The position numbers and the translations under genes are program-made. This document shows, piece after piece, positions 60,714-64,000 of a stretch of 64,000 nucleotides of DNA. Under the pieces are notes generated by a model. The model did no database searches. It was not told the DNA's origin and was given only the letters and a program-made list of their open reading frames with translations. The stretch comes from Pacificibacter sp. (lineage in GTDB: Bacteria > Pseudomonadota > Alphaproteobacteria > Rhodobacterales > Rhodobacteraceae), in the NCBI RefSeq assembly GCF_039769035.1, contig NZ_JBDMZG010000023.1:4429-68428 (forward strand), written 5' to 3'. Position 1 is the first letter of the stretch, and each line of letters opens with the position of its first letter.

Positions 60714-60753
60714 CATTTAAGGTATGTGCTGATATGAGTTATGTCTATACATA
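60714..60753. promoter_or_regulatory. HutC operator box 3 / second copy of the 40-bp block
   Basis: CATTTAAGGTATGtgctGATATGagTTATGTCTATACATA; 34/40 identical to 42269-42308; upstream of hutF. Confidence 0.8.
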
Positions 60754-60768
60754 TAAACAGAGGTTGAA

Positions 60769-62127
60769 ATGATTTTTGCAAAGCAAGCACTGCTTTCAAG
60801 TGGATGGGCGTCAGGTGTTCGCCTCGATGTGACGCAGGGGACGATCACAAAAATTGAAACGCAGCAGCAGGCTCACGCAGGTGATGTGACAGTCGACACC
60901 CTCTTGCCTGCCTTGGCAAATCTACACAGTCACAGCTTTCAGCGGGCTATGGCAGGAATGACCGAATACCGCATGGCTGGTAAGGACAGTTTCTGGACGT
61001 GGCGCGATTTGATGTACAAGTTCACCTCAACGATATCAGCTGAACAAGTCGAGGCAATTGCAGCCTTTGTGTTCTTGGAAATGCAAGAGGCGGGCTATGC
61101 CAGCGTTGGTGAGTTTCACTACCTTCACCACCAACCGGGCGGCATGCCTTATGATGATCTTGGCGAACTGTCGTCCCGCATCGCATCCGCGGCAGATGTG
61201 ACCGGCATTGGCCTAACACATCTCCCAGTTCTCTATACATATGGCGGGGCTGGGCAGGTGCCGCTCAAAGCAGGACAGGCGCGTTTCGGAAACTCTGCCG
61301 ATCAGTTTAATGCATTGGTCGATAAAGCAAAAAACGCGGTGTCTTCCCTCGCAGATGATTGCCGCGTCGGCATCGCACCGCACTCATTGCGCGCGATATC
61401 GCCCGATGACCTCAAAGCCGTCTTGGCCGCTCGCTCCAACGGGCCAATCCATATTCATATTGCCGAACAACCCAAAGAAGTCGCTGATATTCAAGCTTGG
61501 CTCGGCGCACGTCCCGTTGAGTGGTTGCTGGCAAACACGGACGCCAATGAAGATTGGTGCCTGATCCATGCCACCCATATGACAGAAGTCGAAACAAAGA
61601 ACATGGCCCAGTCTGGCGTGGTTGCTGGCCTGTGCCCTGTCACCGAGGCCAATCTGGGAGATGGCCCGTTCAATGGACAGGCATATGTGAACCATGGTGG
61701 AGCCTTTGGTGTCGGATCTGACTCCAATGTTCTGATCTCATTGACGGAAGAGCTGCGTACTTTGGAATATTCGCAACGTCTGCGTGATGTTGCGCGAAAC
61801 ATCATGGTCAAAGGTGAGGGCTCCGTTGGGGCGAAACTCTATTGTGGTGCAGCAAAGGGCGGCGCGCAGGCGCTGAGCCGTCAAGCGGGCGACATTTCCG
61901 TTGGAAACCTCGCAGATCTTGTAGCCATCGACAGCACGGCGCCGGCACTCTGCGCGCTACGCCAAGATCAAATCCTCGATGGTCTTGTGTTCGCAGCGAA
62001 GGATACAGTCGTGACAGATGTTTGGTCCGCTGGCAGACACGCGGTGCAAACTGGCCGCCATGTGAAACGGGATGAGATCACTGCAGCCTACACCTCAGCA
62101 ATGCACGCTTTGGTGGCCTCGCTCTGA
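60769..62127 (+). CDS. hutF: Formimidoylglutamate deiminase
   Basis: NLHSHSFQRAMAGMTE, SFWTWR, GEFHYLHH, HIHIAEQPKEV, CPVTEANLGDG and GSDSNV. Confidence 0.96.
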   Translation: MIFAKQALLSSGWASGVRLDVTQGTITKIETQQQAHAGDVTVDTLLPALANLHSHSFQRAMAGMTEYRMAGKDSFWTWRDLMYKFTSTISAEQVEAIAAFVFLEMQEAGYASVGEFHYLHHQPGGMPYDDLGELSSRIASAADVTGIGLTHLPVLYTYGGAGQVPLKAGQARFGNSADQFNALVDKAKNAVSSLADDCRVGIAPHSLRAISPDDLKAVLAARSNGPIHIHIAEQPKEVADIQAWLGARPVEWLLANTDANEDWCLIHATHMTEVETKNMAQSGVVAGLCPVTEANLGDGPFNGQAYVNHGGAFGVGSDSNVLISLTEELRTLEYSQRLRDVARNIMVKGEGSVGAKLYCGAAKGGAQALSRQAGDISVGNLADLVAIDSTAPALCALRQDQILDGLVFAAKDTVVTDVWSAGRHAVQTGRHVKRDEITAAYTSAMHALVASL

Positions 62128-62449
62128 TCCTGACAGCTTAGCTATAGCTCAAGCTGCCTTTTCCAAACGAAACCTCCTCCTTTGAGATCCCCTTACTCTG
62201 GCCGGGTCAGGGGCAGGGTATCCTTCCAATCAAAGCGCCCGCGAGCCTTCTCTTTGCACCGAAATATTGAGAGCGGCAGCTAGAAGGCTCAAGCGTGCTA
62301 AAGGAAGACGCAAAGATCTTGGTCCGGCATCAAGATTATGACCGTTCCGCGAGCTGCATTTGAAGCTGTCTAGGGAATTCTAGCTGAAGATCTTCTACTT
62401 CTCGACTCTGCCTTTCGTTTAGACCACTGCCAAGAAGAACCGGGAGGCT

Positions 62450-62800
62450 TGGCCCCCTAAAACTGTGCCACTATTTGTTGATAGCAGGAGTTTAGAGGCA
62501 TGGCATTTAAACTGTATTCTGATGAATATGCGCTAAGGCTGTCGCGCGAGATTGATGTTCATTTGCACGATGGTATGGATGTTGCTGGAGCTGTCCGCAA
62601 GGCTGGGATTTCGGATAAGAACTATGACTACTGGCGCAAGAAGTGTGGAGGGATGGCGAGACCACAACTTTCTGAGATGAAGGTTCCCAAAACAGAGAAT
62701 GAAATTTTAAAGAGGATCGTCGTGGATCTACAATTTGATAAGGTGATTTTGAAGGAAAGTTTCGATTATCTAAAGCTTCTAGGCGTTGACGTCAGAGACA
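62450..62800 (+). mobile_element. Truncated IS3-family (IS407-group-like) element: left IR plus degenerate orfA
   Basis: TGGCCCCCTAAAACTGTGCCAC, then GGAG and orfA YSDE..AGISDKNYDYWRKKCGGM..EN..LK.IV.DL..DK.ILKE; no orfB. Confidence 0.8.
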
Positions 62801-63135
62801 CTCCCCAAGATACTGATCTGTTTTGGATTCACCAATTCAACTAGCTCCTTTCAAACACACGCTTGCAATCAAATCAATTGGCGACCCTTTACCGTCTAGT
62901 GGACCTTCTTCGGGTAGATTTCTCAGGGTGTTCGTTACTTTCACCTTGCCCAAAGTAGGGCCTTCCCACTGCCTGCGGTAACCACACACAGGCCCTCCCG
63001 CTGCGCTTCCGCGGGCCTAAGCTATGTCGAGAGGGGAATTATTTTACGCCGTGGTCGTTGGCGGCGTTCGCAGTGAGAGAGGTCTTGTCGTCGGTCACAT
63101 TAGGTTAAACAACACATTTTAACTTTGGTCGGCTT

Positions 63136-63160
63136 CGGCGGTTGCGCCCTCCCGCAACCA
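63136..63160 (+). repeat. att-like 25-bp repeat, copy 2, ending in CCCGCAACCA (tRNA-fMet-like 3' end)
   Basis: The antisense frame reads LVAGGRNRRSRPKLKCVV*, homologous to the recombinase tail VFAGRRNRRKFPRLKCTL*, but an in-frame stop lies a few codons upstream. Confidence 0.7.
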
Positions 63161-63265
63161 ATTCTCTACTTACTCTGACGTACTACTGAAACTTGATAAC
63201 GCAAGGCCCTCTGCATGTAAAATGGCGTCGACCATTTGCTGAGATCGCGTGTGGCTTGGGCAAGC

Positions 63266-64000
63266 TCAGCCGTCGGCGCGTCTTTGTCCGTGTGGTGGCT
63301 TTGCAAGGAATGCAGGGCTCGCTTTTTTCGCTCTGTCGGCGAATTCAGAAATGAGATTGTTCCAAGATTCCTGAAAAACCGCCAATTGATTGATCCCGCC
63401 GTTTGGAATGCTGATACCATTGCTCTGTTTCGCAAGTCTCGACATGGCTGCGGCCAAATGGGTTTTGGTGTAGGTGTTGAAATAGTCCGTGCCCAGTGAC
63501 GCGTGATCCATCAGCCCGTCAACACGCGAGCACAGCAGCCGTCGGCCGGCTGCCCGCGCTTCTATCGCGACCAGGCCAAAAGCTTCCCACCGCGATGGCA
63601 TGACGACGGCGTCAACATCTTTGAACGGTAGGGATGGGTCAGTGCAGAACCCCATGAATTCAATTCTTCCGTCCCCTGCAGCTGTCTCGCGTAGTGCTTG
63701 TTCTTCAGGGCCCGTTCCAAAGATCTTTAGCCTAAGCGATGGATCTGGCAGGGCTTTGAACGCGTTGATTAGCATATCAAACCCTTTTTGCTGATCTAGT
63801 CGGCCTATCGCGCCAAATGTTTTTATCGGACCAGCCGCTGGGTTGATTGCATGAAACGGGGTTAGATCGACGCAAGATTGGATCGTGGTGAGGCGCTGCG
63901 CGGAAACGAGCTTTCGCGATGTCATCCAGTTTGCTTGCGCATGGCTGACCGCAACGACCCGATCAAACAAGGAAAAGGCCGCCTTAAGTAGGCTCGAGAA
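63266..64000 (-). CDS. Glycosyltransferase family 4 (3' part; starts beyond window end)
   Basis: RVVAVS, GAIGRLDQQKGFD, GTGP and VMPSRWEAFGLVAIEARAAG. Confidence 0.88.
   Translation of the reverse strand, partial: FSSLLKAAFSLFDRVVAVSHAQANWMTSRKLVSAQRLTTIQSCVDLTPFHAINPAAGPIKTFGAIGRLDQQKGFDMLINAFKALPDPSLRLKIFGTGPEEQALRETAAGDGRIEFMGFCTDPSLPFKDVDAVVMPSRWEAFGLVAIEARAAGRRLLCSRVDGLMDHASLGTDYFNTYTKTHLAAAMSRLAKQSNGISIPNGGINQLAVFQESWNNLISEFADRAKKASPAFLAKPPHGQRRADG

Noticed and set aside
62960-63030. GC-rich segment resembling an oriT/plasmid-backbone motif
   Set aside because: No nic-site consensus could be confirmed by eye
63136-63160. A tRNA gene
   Set aside because: Only the terminal 10 nt match; no cloverleaf upstream, so it is treated as an att remnant

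Overview
AT/GC-mixed (~54% GC by eye) alphaproteobacterial, Roseobacter-group-like accessory region made of stacked catabolic modules. (1) 0-6 kb: LysR/GST/DUF1348/PNPOx-reductase genes, then a cupin-amine oxidase operon whose TetR repressor is a pseudogene. (2) 6-14 kb: a complete Nit1C (nitBCDEFGH; MSMEG_0568/sll0783-0787 type) cluster with an appended Pnap_2097-like gene and a divergent MocR regulator. (3) 14.7-35.5 kb: an apparently uncharacterised sulfur-amino-acid catabolic cluster: Aap/Bzt-like ABC transporter with a displaced ATPase, cytoplasmic BisC/DMSOR-type Mo enzyme, MetC-like C-S lyase, persulfide dioxygenase, rhodanese, FAD oxidase, hydantoinase/oxoprolinase AB, SDR, PrpE, RidA and SulP; two of its divergent promoters share a 38-bp block. 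(4) 35.6-63.2 kb: a decayed integrative element bounded by 25-bp repeats ending in a tRNA-fMet-like 3' sequence, with serine recombinase remnant and IS3-family ends. It carries a rewired histidine-utilisation locus. hutH is reduced to a 31-codon in-frame scar, while two HAL-family lyases lacking the MIO-forming Ala-Ser-Gly motif, a peptide/opine ABC importer, an OCD/mu-crystallin enzyme, a YeiH exporter and a desaturase/PBP pair lie between hutI and hutF, and three HutC-type boxes mark this region. The best candidate for a new system is a pathway feeding N-alkylated (possibly sulfur-containing) histidine derivatives into the urocanate pathway. No rRNA, complete tRNA or CRISPR was seen. All family calls are from motif recognition; no database search was run.
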